Under the pieces are notes generated by a model. It saw only the letters and a program-made list of their open reading frames with translations, ran no database searches and was not told the origin of the DNA. 64,000 bases of DNA from a virus (lineage: Duplodnaviria; Caudoviricetes): IMG/VR virus record IMGVR_UViG_3300008110_007313. One strand, given 5' to 3'. Of the stretch, positions 36,685-46,006 are shown one piece after another (the stretch's first letter is position 1; every line of letters begins with the position of its first letter). Both the position numbers and the translations under genes were made by a program.

Positions 36685-38265
36685 GCGCATCATAGCAATG
36701 AATGGCATAGGTTCAATAATGTTGTCCCCATGATCTTTAAGGTGTGAATCCAGCTCTTGATGATAGGTCTGCAACAGCATCAGCATACGAGTGGCCAGCA
36801 GTGTACCCATTACCAAATCGTCTGTTTCGCCAGGTTTGGCTGCATAGCTGTTGCCTAGAGCCACAAAGTTTTTGAGTTCGCTGATCAAGGGTTTGCTGTA
36901 CAGTTTCATGCGCCCTGACTCCACGAGAATTTTAAACTTGTTGCAGGCCACAATCTTGCTTTTGTTTGTGGTGGTGAATCCCTTGCGGATTCTACGGCCG
37001 TTTTGGCCTTGCACACTGTTGTCACTGAGAAAATAACCAGGAATGTTTTCTTCGCCGTATTCGTTGATGGAGATCAAGGCTGCTTCGCCCAGGGTGTTGT
37101 TTTCCACACTGTAGTAGATTTTTTTGTCGTCTCGTACCACTGCATGCAGTTCTTTCACAATGTCTACCATGATCTTGATCTGTGTGGGCACATCTGTTTT
37201 GTTGTGTCGCCATTCAGCCACTTGTTCCGTGGTATCTGCTTCAAACACCTGTATGGCAGCAGGATCGCCGCCGGTGCCCAGGCTAGGGTCCAGGGCCACA
37301 ATGTATATCTTGTCTGCTTGTATGGGACGATACCAGCGCACCTGTCCAGTTTTGCTTGTGGGTTCTACGCCTTCAAGATCCAGCAGTTTCAAGGGCGAAA
37401 TCAAGGTCTCATCGTTGATAACGAATTCGCAGTCCATTTCTCGACGGAATCGTTCTTCTCCTAGTTGTGCCCGTTGTTCTTCGGCCCAGGTGTCATCACG
37501 ATCTGGATGTTCTCGCCAGAATGCACGGAATGCACGGAATCCATTGATGCCCAAGCCGTTGGGTCTAGGGTTACCGTACTCGTCTTCAATTTTGTTGGCG
37601 CCTTTCCAGATCAGGGCAAACTGATCTTCGTCTGAGTTGGGGGTGCTAGTAATAATAGCTTTACCACCTGTGCTGAGTGTGGGTGTGATAGAAGTCCAGA
37701 ACTCTTTGGCAATGGTGGGTCGCACGAACGCAAATTCGTCTAGATACAGCAAGGTAATCGACATACCTCGACCAGTGTTTTCAGTAGTAGTCTGACTTAC
37801 AATACGTGATCCGTTGTCAAACTCCAGACTACCTTTGTTGTAGCTGGTAGCACCTGCACGGATATGATTGGGGCACAACTCATAAGCATATCTTATACGT
37901 TGCATAATTTCCTGTGCGCCTAGGTACTTGTGTGCTGCCACAAGAATAGTAGCGTCGGGTACAAACATAGCATACCACAACAGGTAGCCGGCTGCTGATG
38001 TTGACTTACCGGTTTGTCGCGGCATCAGGGAAATTGAGAACCTGCTGTTGTGATAGTTTTCAATCAGTCGCTTTTGGTATTCAAACGACTGGTACAGCAT
38101 CTTGCCACGTGTGGGGTGCTGAATGTAAAAAAAGTGATCCATGAAGTACATGGGCCCAGTCACAGGGTCAGCACACTTCATGAATTCTTCAATTTCTTGT
38201 TGAGTATATGTTTCTCTACGATGCGGTGCTTTTACCAGTACTGTATCTAATCCAGGTTTTAACAT
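36682..38265 (-). CDS. 17: terminase large subunit (gp17-like)
   Basis: PRQTGKS, LYLDEFAF, ITSTP, ALDPSLG, DDLVM. Confidence 0.96.
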   Translation of the reverse strand: MLKPGLDTVLVKAPHRRETYTQQEIEEFMKCADPVTGPMYFMDHFFYIQHPTRGKMLYQSFEYQKRLIENYHNSRFSISLMPRQTGKSTSAAGYLLWYAMFVPDATILVAAHKYLGAQEIMQRIRYAYELCPNHIRAGATSYNKGSLEFDNGSRIVSQTTTENTGRGMSITLLYLDEFAFVRPTIAKEFWTSITPTLSTGGKAIITSTPNSDEDQFALIWKGANKIEDEYGNPRPNGLGINGFRAFRAFWREHPDRDDTWAEEQRAQLGEERFRREMDCEFVINDETLISPLKLLDLEGVEPTSKTGQVRWYRPIQADKIYIVALDPSLGTGGDPAAIQVFEADTTEQVAEWRHNKTDVPTQIKIMVDIVKELHAVVRDDKKIYYSVENNTLGEAALISINEYGEENIPGYFLSDNSVQGQNGRRIRKGFTTTNKSKIVACNKFKILVESGRMKLYSKPLISELKNFVALGNSYAAKPGETDDLVMGTLLATRMLMLLQTYHQELDSHLKDHGDNIIEPMPFIAMMR

Positions 38266-38999
38266 AATTTTTCTACATCCTTTGCAACTACCTGCGCAAA
38301 TGCTCGATTATTTAACCTACCTGGATGCAATAAGTCACGACCTAAATCTATCTGCTTTTCGTCCCTAATCAGTGTACAATAAGCATCAGGTGCATATACA
38401 ATCAAAGGAATATTGTGTTGTAAACAAATGCTGCGAATTGCTTCACGATTTTTTTCTGCGGCCAAGTTTAAATTTTCTTCATTTAGCAACAATTCTTTAA
38501 TGTAAGTACCGGACCAATTTTTGTAATCGTATGCCCAATTTAACACTAAGGGAGCATGAGATTGCGACGAAATTATTTCTGTTCTATTGTATCTAGGCTC
38601 AAGGTACACTACAAACTTAGGTAATAGCTTTGGCACGTAATGTTTTGCAACTCTAAAACAAGTGTCCCCGGCGGCACCAGCAATTCCAAGGTTCCAACAA
38701 TGCAATTTAATTTCTTGTGAAACAGCAGTAGTCCATCTGTCTTGTACGTTAACTCCGGTTCCTTGTGTAAAACTGCAACCAATGGCCATCCAATTTGATC
38801 TAGAATCAAACTCGTCAACTCTAAACCCTTCACTGTTAAACGTATACTCAATGTCAACGTCAACCCAGCCAAATAGATTCAACAGTCGCGCATGTTCTGT
38901 GTTGGCCAAGTGTTTGTTGTAGGCTTCTTCGGAGTCAGGACTCAACCACTTGATTGTTGTACCTGCATGTTTGCTCCATTGATGTAGTGGCGCTGTCAT
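38259..38999 (-). CDS. SGNH/GDSL hydrolase-fold protein (esterase or O-acyltransferase)
   Basis: IGCSFT (block I), NLGIAG (block II), RDLLHP (DxxH, block V). Confidence 0.7.
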   Translation of the reverse strand: MTAPLHQWSKHAGTTIKWLSPDSEEAYNKHLANTEHARLLNLFGWVDVDIEYTFNSEGFRVDEFDSRSNWMAIGCSFTQGTGVNVQDRWTTAVSQEIKLHCWNLGIAGAAGDTCFRVAKHYVPKLLPKFVVYLEPRYNRTEIISSQSHAPLVLNWAYDYKNWSGTYIKELLLNEENLNLAAEKNREAIRSICLQHNIPLIVYAPDAYCTLIRDEKQIDLGRDLLHPGRLNNRAFAQVVAKDVEKLC

Positions 39000-40135
39000 T
39001 TTATCAAACTCGCAAACTCAGGCCACAGTTTCTCAAACTGCCCAGCTTGATCAGGGTGGTATTGAGTTTCAATCTCTTGGATATGCTTGGCCAACTTGCG
39101 AGCCACGGCAGGCTTTGATTCTGTCACTGCTTGATAGTTACGCAATGCCTGGTCAAGGAAGCCACGGTCAGCAGGTGTAGCAAGTCCTGAAGCATAAAAG
39201 CGTTCAATTTCTTCAGCAGCCGGCTTGGCGACTTCTGGCCCATGCAAGAACGGATCAAGATAGTCTGGTTGAAACAAGTTCTGCCATAACACACTCACAC
39301 CCTGATCTGCTGCAAACTGTCTAAACTCTGTGATCCTTGTAGCATTGTAGATGTTGTACACTGCATGAATGCCGCCCCAGTGCCCTTGTTTGAACAAGTC
39401 TTTGACAATAGCAAGGTTATGTAACACTTGGTCCCACTTACCGCCATAACGCACATATTCAAAACGATCACCTGTGTTGTCAAAGCTCATTGACCAGCCA
39501 ACTTTCTTGCGCTGTGCTAGCTTGCGGAAAATTTTATTTTTCTCAAGATCCACGTTCATGTTGGTAATCAGTGTGACTGTGCAATCTTCAGGGATAACAT
39601 CCAACAAGCGTTCGTTCTCAGGAAGCAACAATGGCTCGCCACCAACAAGTGCAACGTCTCGAATGTGTGCTTTATGCTCTTCCAAGAAGTCACACACCTG
39701 TTCATAGTAGGGACGACTACCAGACTTGAATGGAATGCCTTTGAGTGCAGACCATTTGGAGCTTGCCCACTCTGAACAATAGTTACAGCTTAGGTTACAG
39801 GTGGTATTCCAGCGCACGTCTACAATTACAGGATAGTGATAGTGTTCACCAGCTGTGGCATAGTCAAAGTTGGGATTGGTATCGTTGTGCCACTTGCGTT
39901 CAGAGTCTGCACCAAAACGTTCGGCCTGTACACAGTTACTACAGTACTTGTGTGCTCGCCCTTGCGACATTTCACTGCGTATTTGTTTCAGGAGATCCGA
40001 GTCCAAGATCTCTGTAATAGTGTGATCATTGAGGTTGCCCAGCATGTTGGGGTCACCTGCACAACAGGTTTTGACATCGCCACGTGGATTGATATGCAGC
40101 CCACGCCAAGGGGCTGCGCAAAAGAAATTGGTCAT
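38996..40135 (-). CDS. radical SAM enzyme with N-terminal SPASM/twitch-like Cys domain
   Basis: CNLSCNYC, GGEPLL, ITNM, SFD; N-terminal CAAPW..TCC..CSNC. Confidence 0.92.
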   Translation of the reverse strand: MTNFFCAAPWRGLHINPRGDVKTCCAGDPNMLGNLNDHTITEILDSDLLKQIRSEMSQGRAHKYCSNCVQAERFGADSERKWHNDTNPNFDYATAGEHYHYPVIVDVRWNTTCNLSCNYCSEWASSKWSALKGIPFKSGSRPYYEQVCDFLEEHKAHIRDVALVGGEPLLLPENERLLDVIPEDCTVTLITNMNVDLEKNKIFRKLAQRKKVGWSMSFDNTGDRFEYVRYGGKWDQVLHNLAIVKDLFKQGHWGGIHAVYNIYNATRITEFRQFAADQGVSVLWQNLFQPDYLDPFLHGPEVAKPAAEEIERFYASGLATPADRGFLDQALRNYQAVTESKPAVARKLAKHIQEIETQYHPDQAGQFEKLWPEFASLIK

Positions 40136-40139
40136 CCCG

Positions 40140-40145
40140 TATTTA
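40140..40145 (-). promoter_or_regulatory. T4-late-type promoter core TAAATA inside palindrome CCCGTAAATACGGG
   Basis: 4 nt before ATG 40135. Confidence 0.6.
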
Positions 40146-40153
40146 CGGGCAGG

Positions 40154-40591
40154 TCATTGGCACCAAGATGTTTTGGCTTCGCCGTAATACTCACGGGCGA
40201 ATCCGTTGGCAATCAGCATGCCACGCAGGCTTTGGCCATTCAGTAGCACATCGCCCAGCACACGGCCGCCATACTTGTCCCAGTCCATGAGCACAATTTG
40301 ACGCTTTTGTGAGTTGGCAACGGCTTGTTTGGTAAATGCTGAGGCTGCTTCGCCACGTTGTGCTTCACTTGGGCACATTGCTCTATGTCCTTTTTCAGGA
40401 GTGTCTACACCAAACACACGAATGCTGAGTTCAGATTTGAGTGGTGCTGGCAGCCAAGTGGCTTGAATACCTACTGTGTCTCCATCAATCACTCGTGTGA
40501 TCACAGCGTCATAAACAACACCAGGTTTTTGTTTGGGTTGTGCTAGTACTAGACAAGGCACTAAGAGTAAGAGTGTTAAGAGTTTTTTCAT
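40154..40591 (-). CDS. thermonuclease (SNase) family protein with signal-like N-terminus
   Basis: VIDGDT, IRVFGVDTPE, DKYGGRVLG; MKKLLTLLLLVPCLVLA. Confidence 0.9.
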   Translation of the reverse strand: MKKLLTLLLLVPCLVLAQPKQKPGVVYDAVITRVIDGDTVGIQATWLPAPLKSELSIRVFGVDTPEKGHRAMCPSEAQRGEAASAFTKQAVANSQKRQIVLMDWDKYGGRVLGDVLLNGQSLRGMLIANGFAREYYGEAKTSWCQ

Positions 40592-40603
40592 TTTGTTTTC
40601 TTG

Positions 40604-42196
40604 TTAGTTTGTGAGTTCTTGCCAACCAAATTTGTATAGTACATCACCGTTGGTTTGAGTATAGGCCACGCACAGTGTAAGGCTTTCAGGATTGCCGTTG
40701 ACATCGCGTGCCAACTGCAAACGTTTGGCTACATCTTCACCAATATTGACTTCATCCCTGGAACTGCTGAGTCCTTGATACACCACTGTGCCATCTGTGA
40801 TTACGTTGCTGGTTTTCACTGTTTGAACCACAGAGTTTGGCACATTGCTCCAGGTCACATTACCAATGTTGGCACCTTGTACCAATTGGAACTCGCCATA
40901 TCTCACATCCAACAACAAGAGGCCAATTTGACTGGGCAGCACCACAGCATCAGGATAGGCAGGATTGAGCCTGATGCTGGCCAAAGCCACAAGTGTGTTG
41001 GCTGAAGATATTCTAGTTATACTGGTATTGTTGGTCACATACTGGACCTTGGTGCTGGGACTAAACCCACCTTCACTGATCACAGTTGAGCAGATCTGCT
41101 TCATGGTTCTTGAACCAGCGGTGTTGGCAGTGTTGGTTATTTCGTATCTGGGATTCAGCGTGGCCGAAGTCATGTACACTGTGGTATTACCAGCTTGGTT
41201 AGCATGCTGGAATCGATGACACACAATAAATTCGCCATTGATGACAAATCCTGCTCGCACGTTGCCCACACCCAACCACTCAATGTCACACCAGAATATT
41301 TGTGTGAGTTCAGGGTTGAGGTTGATGCCAGATGGGTTGGGGGCGGCACCTGTTTTCAATGTGTCGCCGTTCCAGGCTGTTTGTGCTATGCGTTCTTCTA
41401 CCACAACACCAGTGGTGCTGCTGCGGATGACCAAGTAAAGATCTTCGCCATCTGCTTCAAAATACACACCATTCTTGTCTGTGAAATAGCCCACACGCTG
41501 GCGACAACCCACAGCACGATCAGCAAAACAAAACGAACCCATGAACAACAGGCTCTTGCCCGGCTGATAGGCCTGTGTAAATCTTGCTTGTGTGATCACA
41601 CTTGAACCATTGGCAGCAGTCACTGCCATGTTGTGTGAGCTTTCATTGGCTACATAAGTGTAAGTGCCGCCAGTGGCCGTGACATTGCTGAACTGCCCAC
41701 CATTGATGTACATGTTCTGGCTATCAAACAAGGTGTAGGGTTCGCTTACACGCATGCGACCAAACGCATCAAGATTGGTTCCAGTGATTATGGCGTTGAC
41801 ATTTCCACCAGTGATATTGGCGTTGACATTACCATCCACTGTGATTGATCCGCCACCATCTACCACTGTGACATTGGCTGTGATTCCAGCAAGATTGCCA
41901 CTGAGAGTAGAAACCACGTTGCCAGTAACTGCGGCGTTGACATTGCCTGTGACTACCCAAGGACTAGTGCCTTGGTACACTGTGACATTGCCAGATTCTA
42001 CAGTGACTGGCATGGTGTTGCCTGTAAGATCAATATTTCCTATTGATCCAATAGCAACGTTGCCTACCGACACGTTGCCAATAATGGCTGCATTTGTTCT
42101 GATAAAAACATTGCCAGTCGCTTCGTCAAGCTCCAGGGCTTGATTGATATTCCGTAGATACCACGGTGCTACTTGAGTTGGGTCTGGGATTGCCAT
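40604..42196 (-). CDS. virion structural protein (GNV repeats plus beta-sandwich core)
   Basis: 530 aa; LDAFGRMRVSEP, YQPGKS, EWLGVGNV, YMTSATLNPRYE. Confidence 0.7.
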   Translation of the reverse strand: MAIPDPTQVAPWYLRNINQALELDEATGNVFIRTNAAIIGNVSVGNVAIGSIGNIDLTGNTMPVTVESGNVTVYQGTSPWVVTGNVNAAVTGNVVSTLSGNLAGITANVTVVDGGGSITVDGNVNANITGGNVNAIITGTNLDAFGRMRVSEPYTLFDSQNMYINGGQFSNVTATGGTYTYVANESSHNMAVTAANGSSVITQARFTQAYQPGKSLLFMGSFCFADRAVGCRQRVGYFTDKNGVYFEADGEDLYLVIRSSTTGVVVEERIAQTAWNGDTLKTGAAPNPSGINLNPELTQIFWCDIEWLGVGNVRAGFVINGEFIVCHRFQHANQAGNTTVYMTSATLNPRYEITNTANTAGSRTMKQICSTVISEGGFSPSTKVQYVTNNTSITRISSANTLVALASIRLNPAYPDAVVLPSQIGLLLLDVRYGEFQLVQGANIGNVTWSNVPNSVVQTVKTSNVITDGTVVYQGLSSSRDEVNIGEDVAKRLQLARDVNGNPESLTLCVAYTQTNGDVLYKFGWQELTN

Positions 42197-42579
42197 TATT
42201 TGTATCCTTTAAAGCTGTTTAAAGGACTTTTAGTTGCCACGAAGTTGGGTTCTTCACTGGCTGCTGTGCTCACTGGCTTTTTGCCGCCAGGCGTCTTGGT
42301 CATTTTTAATGCGGCATCAATCACAGGATCAACATTGTTGTTGAAACCCACAATCACAGCATGTTCGCCAAAGGCAGTTTCTGCTGACCACTCTGGGCGA
42401 AATTCATTCACATCGTCTGCTGCTTGATCGCTTCTGGCACGAGCCATTGCAACACCAAAACGATAGTTTTTATACGGGTCTGACGCACTCAGCCCGGGAA
42501 GCACAAATGTGTTCTTCATGGGTTCTTTGGTTTCTGGGGGCAAGTCAGCCTGCTCAGTGACGAATTCACGTGCTCGCAT
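42196..42579 (-). CDS. small putative internal head protein A
   Basis: Starts MRAREFVTE; paralogue of the next ORF. Confidence 0.65.
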   Translation of the reverse strand: MRAREFVTEQADLPPETKEPMKNTFVLPGLSASDPYKNYRFGVAMARARSDQAADDVNEFRPEWSAETAFGEHAVIVGFNNNVDPVIDAALKMTKTPGGKKPVSTAASEEPNFVATKSPLNSFKGYK

Positions 42580-42944
42580 CAGTAGCCTTTGAAGCCTTGC
42601 ACGGGGCTTTGAGTGTTGGTACTAGCTAGTTCTTCACTGTCAAGGTCGCCTGAATTTAGGTCGGTATATTCAGCACCAGCTGCTTTGAATGCCTGTTTCA
42701 GCATGTCGTGTTCAACTCTGGTGTATGGATAGGCACCACGTTTTTTTCCTATCCAACTTTTTTCATCCATATCCAGTATATCGCCTGATCCGTCAGCCAT
42801 GGCCACTGCCATCATCACACGATTCAGAGTGTAGTCACTGTTGGCACGTTCGCCGTCACTGAACAGGGTCAACCCTACAGTGGCAGCTTGACGACGTTTT
42901 CCAATCTTGCCGTCTCGCTCAGTGATAAACTCTTGTGCTCGCAT
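42579..42944 (-). CDS. small putative internal head protein B
   Basis: Starts MRAQEFITE; ends SPVQGFKGY versus SPLNSFKGYK in A. Confidence 0.65.
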   Translation of the reverse strand: MRAQEFITERDGKIGKRRQAATVGLTLFSDGERANSDYTLNRVMMAVAMADGSGDILDMDEKSWIGKKRGAYPYTRVEHDMLKQAFKAAGAEYTDLNSGDLDSEELASTNTQSPVQGFKGY

Positions 42945-43234
42945 TAGCTGCCTGCGCCGATCACACCTGCTGTAGCAGAGCTTGCTGTGCCCAGTTCTAG
43001 TGCAGTAAAAGGTGTTCCAGTCACAGTGACTCGATTGCCTGCGCCAGCATACACTTCAAACACAGTGTTTGCAGGTATGGCGATTGGTGCACTATAAATG
43101 TTGCCTGCTGCCGCAGCACTACCCAGCGACACTGCAAACGACTGATAAGTTACAGCATTGGCTGCTGTGGAAATTTGCAGCTTGTCAGTGTAGACCACAG
43201 CATTGGCCAAACTGGTGTATACATTGGCTGGCAT
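42944..43234 (-). CDS. small beta-rich structural protein
   Basis: 96 aa, coupled. Confidence 0.6.
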   Translation of the reverse strand: MPANVYTSLANAVVYTDKLQISTAANAVTYQSFAVSLGSAAAAGNIYSAPIAIPANTVFEVYAGAGNRVTVTGTPFTALELGTASSATAGVIGAGS

Positions 43235-43404
43235 TATTTGGCATCCTTGTTGGGTTGTGACACCACAGGTTGGTACAACTCACGAGTTTGGTACAGCACG
43301 CCTGGTATTTCCACAGGTGTTTGACGTCCTGTTTGTGGTGCTGGAGCATGTGGATTCAACACTGGCACAGTGGTCAATACTGATTCTTTAAGAATTTTAC
43401 TCAT
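43234..43404 (-). CDS. small Pro-rich protein (56 aa)
   Basis: MSKILKESVLTTVPVLNP..; AAAGGA SD; TAATG overlap; not in the ORF track. Confidence 0.6.
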   Translation of the reverse strand: MSKILKESVLTTVPVLNPHAPAPQTGRQTPVEIPGVLYQTRELYQPVVSQPNKDAK

Positions 43405-43408
43405 GATA

Positions 43409-45370
43409 TTATCCTTTGTATGCTCGCCATTGGTTAGTTAAACCAAAAATGCTTTCTTGAACTTTTTCCATGTCACCATCACCGTCGAGGTCAGCTTCTT
43501 TTTTACCAGCAGCACGGGCCTTGGCTAAGTTACCAGTAAACTTGTTGCCTTCTTCTACATCATCTTCGTCGACTTTTTTGGCTTCTTTGATTCCGGCCAT
43601 TTCCATCATGCGTTTGATAGCATCTTCTTCGGCTTCAGCATAGCTGTGTTGACGATCATCTTGACTGGCCAACACAGGAACTGTGCTTTGTCCTGTTGAC
43701 TTGGGGCCATTCAAGCCGCCACTGTATTCTAATGCATTGCCTTCTTCAGTGTTGGTAGGATAGTCAGGTTGATTCATATCAACTTCGTCTACTTTTTCGT
43801 CGCTGCAACCGCAGCCTGGTTGACCGCAACCGCAGGCTGACTTATAGCCACCGCCACCATAGCCTTCGCTGTCGTTGCCGCCAAGACCTGCATTTTTCAA
43901 CAGTTCTGCTAACTTGACTGCATCATCGTCACTGGCAGTAATGGTCAAACTTTTACCGCCTTCGGTGCTGTTGCTCATGTTAATACTCATGCTTTCGTTG
44001 AGCGTAGCGTCAAGGCGACTCATGCTTTCAGCAATCATTTCTTCAAGATCGCGGTTCATGCTGTCATAGATGCCTTTGCCATAGCTGAAACCACTGCTTG
44101 CGGTAGGTGTACCCGAGCCGCCGGCTTCTTCAGTTTTTTCTTTCTTCTTGGGAGCCTTCTCAGGCAAGCCTTTGTGCTTGGTAGCAGCAAAGTCTTCTGC
44201 GTCTTTCTTGCCCATGCTCTTGGCAACTTTAGCAACTTCTTTGCTCGGGGCTTTTTCGCCCTTTTGCGTTGCATGGACCATGCCCATGAACTTTTGTTGC
44301 TTTTTGCTTACAGCTTTTTCGTCAAGCTCTTCTTCTCTAACTTGTGCGTCACCTGATTGTTGATTTTTAATCAGGGTCATTGCTGCATACAACACAGACT
44401 CTAACCGGCTAGCAAAACCTTGTGGGAATTCGCCGCCGCGCTGTGCTTGCTTTGCCGCTGCACGAATATCAGCAAGGTCGTCATAAATTTGTTGTGCTTG
44501 ACCATGATCAGCACCTTCTTTGGCCATTTTACGACCACCTTTGTGCTTGGTAGCCTTGGCTGTTACACGCTCAGGAGCCTTGGGTGCGCCTTTGGGACGT
44601 CCACGACCGCGTTTCTCTAACTTGTTGCCTTCGTCATCGGTTTCACTTCCAACGCTCATGCCTTGATCGTCTACTCGTCGTGTGACTTTGCGACCTGTAG
44701 CGGTGTGTTCAATATCGTGCTTGTGACCTCGCTCGACACTGCCAACTTTTGGTTTGTCAGCACGTGGTTTTTTCCAGGACGTGAATGGATTGTTATCATC
44801 GTCTTCGCTGGCAACAACTTGTTTCTTGCCACCTAATGCTTGCTTCATTGCTTCAGCGGCCACGTCGCCTAGCATTTCGTCAACTTCTTTTTTGGCACCG
44901 GCAATCTTGTCAGCAAAAGTGATCTTGTCTCGGGGCTCAGCCAGTGCAGCAAAGCTCTTGGCTTTCTCTGGGCTCATCTTTTCTTTGAGTGGGTGCTGTT
45001 GTCCTAGACGTTGTTGAGCACGTTTCAGGCCTTCGGGACTGGTAGGACTCTGTGTGCGTTCTTTTTCAAGATCTTGTAAGGTCATTTTGTTACCAGGACG
45101 CTTCACAGCAGGGATCTGACTCTTGTCTGGACCTGCTTGATAAGCACCTTCGTCTACTTCGTTATCATACTTGTCGTACTTTTTACGCACAGGGTCCAAG
45201 GCCTTGCCTTCACGCCCGGCCTTGGCCAAGGCCTCCATGCCTTCTTTACCGTACTTTTCGTAGCCCTTGGCAGCACGGCTCATGTCACGCTCATTGAGTT
45301 GACCATGTGTAACACTGGGCAAATCGCGAATGGCGTTTAGTTTGTTGTTTAAGTTGTAAAAGAAACTCAT
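43409..45370 (-). CDS. highly charged prohead-core/internal-protein-like protein with a DUF3008-like motif
   Basis: 653 aa; SKKQQKFMGMVHA..DFAATKHKGLPEK; repeated (V/L/I)xE sites. Confidence 0.65.
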   Translation of the reverse strand: MSFFYNLNNKLNAIRDLPSVTHGQLNERDMSRAAKGYEKYGKEGMEALAKAGREGKALDPVRKKYDKYDNEVDEGAYQAGPDKSQIPAVKRPGNKMTLQDLEKERTQSPTSPEGLKRAQQRLGQQHPLKEKMSPEKAKSFAALAEPRDKITFADKIAGAKKEVDEMLGDVAAEAMKQALGGKKQVVASEDDDNNPFTSWKKPRADKPKVGSVERGHKHDIEHTATGRKVTRRVDDQGMSVGSETDDEGNKLEKRGRGRPKGAPKAPERVTAKATKHKGGRKMAKEGADHGQAQQIYDDLADIRAAAKQAQRGGEFPQGFASRLESVLYAAMTLIKNQQSGDAQVREEELDEKAVSKKQQKFMGMVHATQKGEKAPSKEVAKVAKSMGKKDAEDFAATKHKGLPEKAPKKKEKTEEAGGSGTPTASSGFSYGKGIYDSMNRDLEEMIAESMSRLDATLNESMSINMSNSTEGGKSLTITASDDDAVKLAELLKNAGLGGNDSEGYGGGGYKSACGCGQPGCGCSDEKVDEVDMNQPDYPTNTEEGNALEYSGGLNGPKSTGQSTVPVLASQDDRQHSYAEAEEDAIKRMMEMAGIKEAKKVDEDDVEEGNKFTGNLAKARAAGKKEADLDGDGDMEKVQESIFGLTNQWRAYKG

Positions 45371-45374
45371 TGTA

Positions 45375-45983
45375 TTATCCTCTTGGGTTTGCGCCAGTTG
45401 CTGGCTTGGGTGAACGTTTGATGTTGGTCATAGGGCTCTTTACACCCTGTGGCAACTCATTGGTGGTCTTAGCTGGAGGAGTTTTTCCGCCAGCAATGGT
45501 AAACTTGGTGCGATATGCATTTTTCAGCACAGCATGGTCATATGGGCCAGTTGCATAGTCTTTCTTGAGAGCACGCTGAACTGCGTCATCTTTGGGATAT
45601 TCAGGATCGTCTAGCAGATTTTTGTTCTGATCCACAATCTTCTTGTTTTCGTCGTCGAGGCTTTGTTCATAGGCATCGGTGTTCATCACAATACGATTGG
45701 GATCCATGCCCAGCAACTGTGCCAACTGCTTGATCTGCGGCTCGATAGCTGGATAGCGAAACTCCACATCCACAATGGTCAGCGGCTGATTGGGGAAGGC
45801 CGGGAAGTCTGGAATGTTTTTACGCACAGGTGTAGTCTTGGGCGAGCCCATCTTGGCTACATCAAACTGCGACATCTTTGACTCAAGGTCTTTGATAAAG
45901 CCTGCGGGCACGTCGCCAACTATCTTGATACGATATTGGTATGTGCGTTCACTTTCGGCCAGGTATTTTGCAAATGGTTTCAT
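45375..45983 (-). CDS. putative head/internal protein
   Basis: Starts MKPFAKYLAE; AGGA SD; late promoter. Confidence 0.65.
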   Translation of the reverse strand: MKPFAKYLAESERTYQYRIKIVGDVPAGFIKDLESKMSQFDVAKMGSPKTTPVRKNIPDFPAFPNQPLTIVDVEFRYPAIEPQIKQLAQLLGMDPNRIVMNTDAYEQSLDDENKKIVDQNKNLLDDPEYPKDDAVQRALKKDYATGPYDHAVLKNAYRTKFTIAGGKTPPAKTTNELPQGVKSPMTNIKRSPKPATGANPRG

Positions 45984-46000
45984 GTCAGTGTCCTATTGTA

Positions 46001-46006
46001 TATTTA
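46001..46006 (-). promoter_or_regulatory. T4-late-type promoter core TAAATA
   Basis: Overlaps the upstream TAA stop. Confidence 0.55.
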
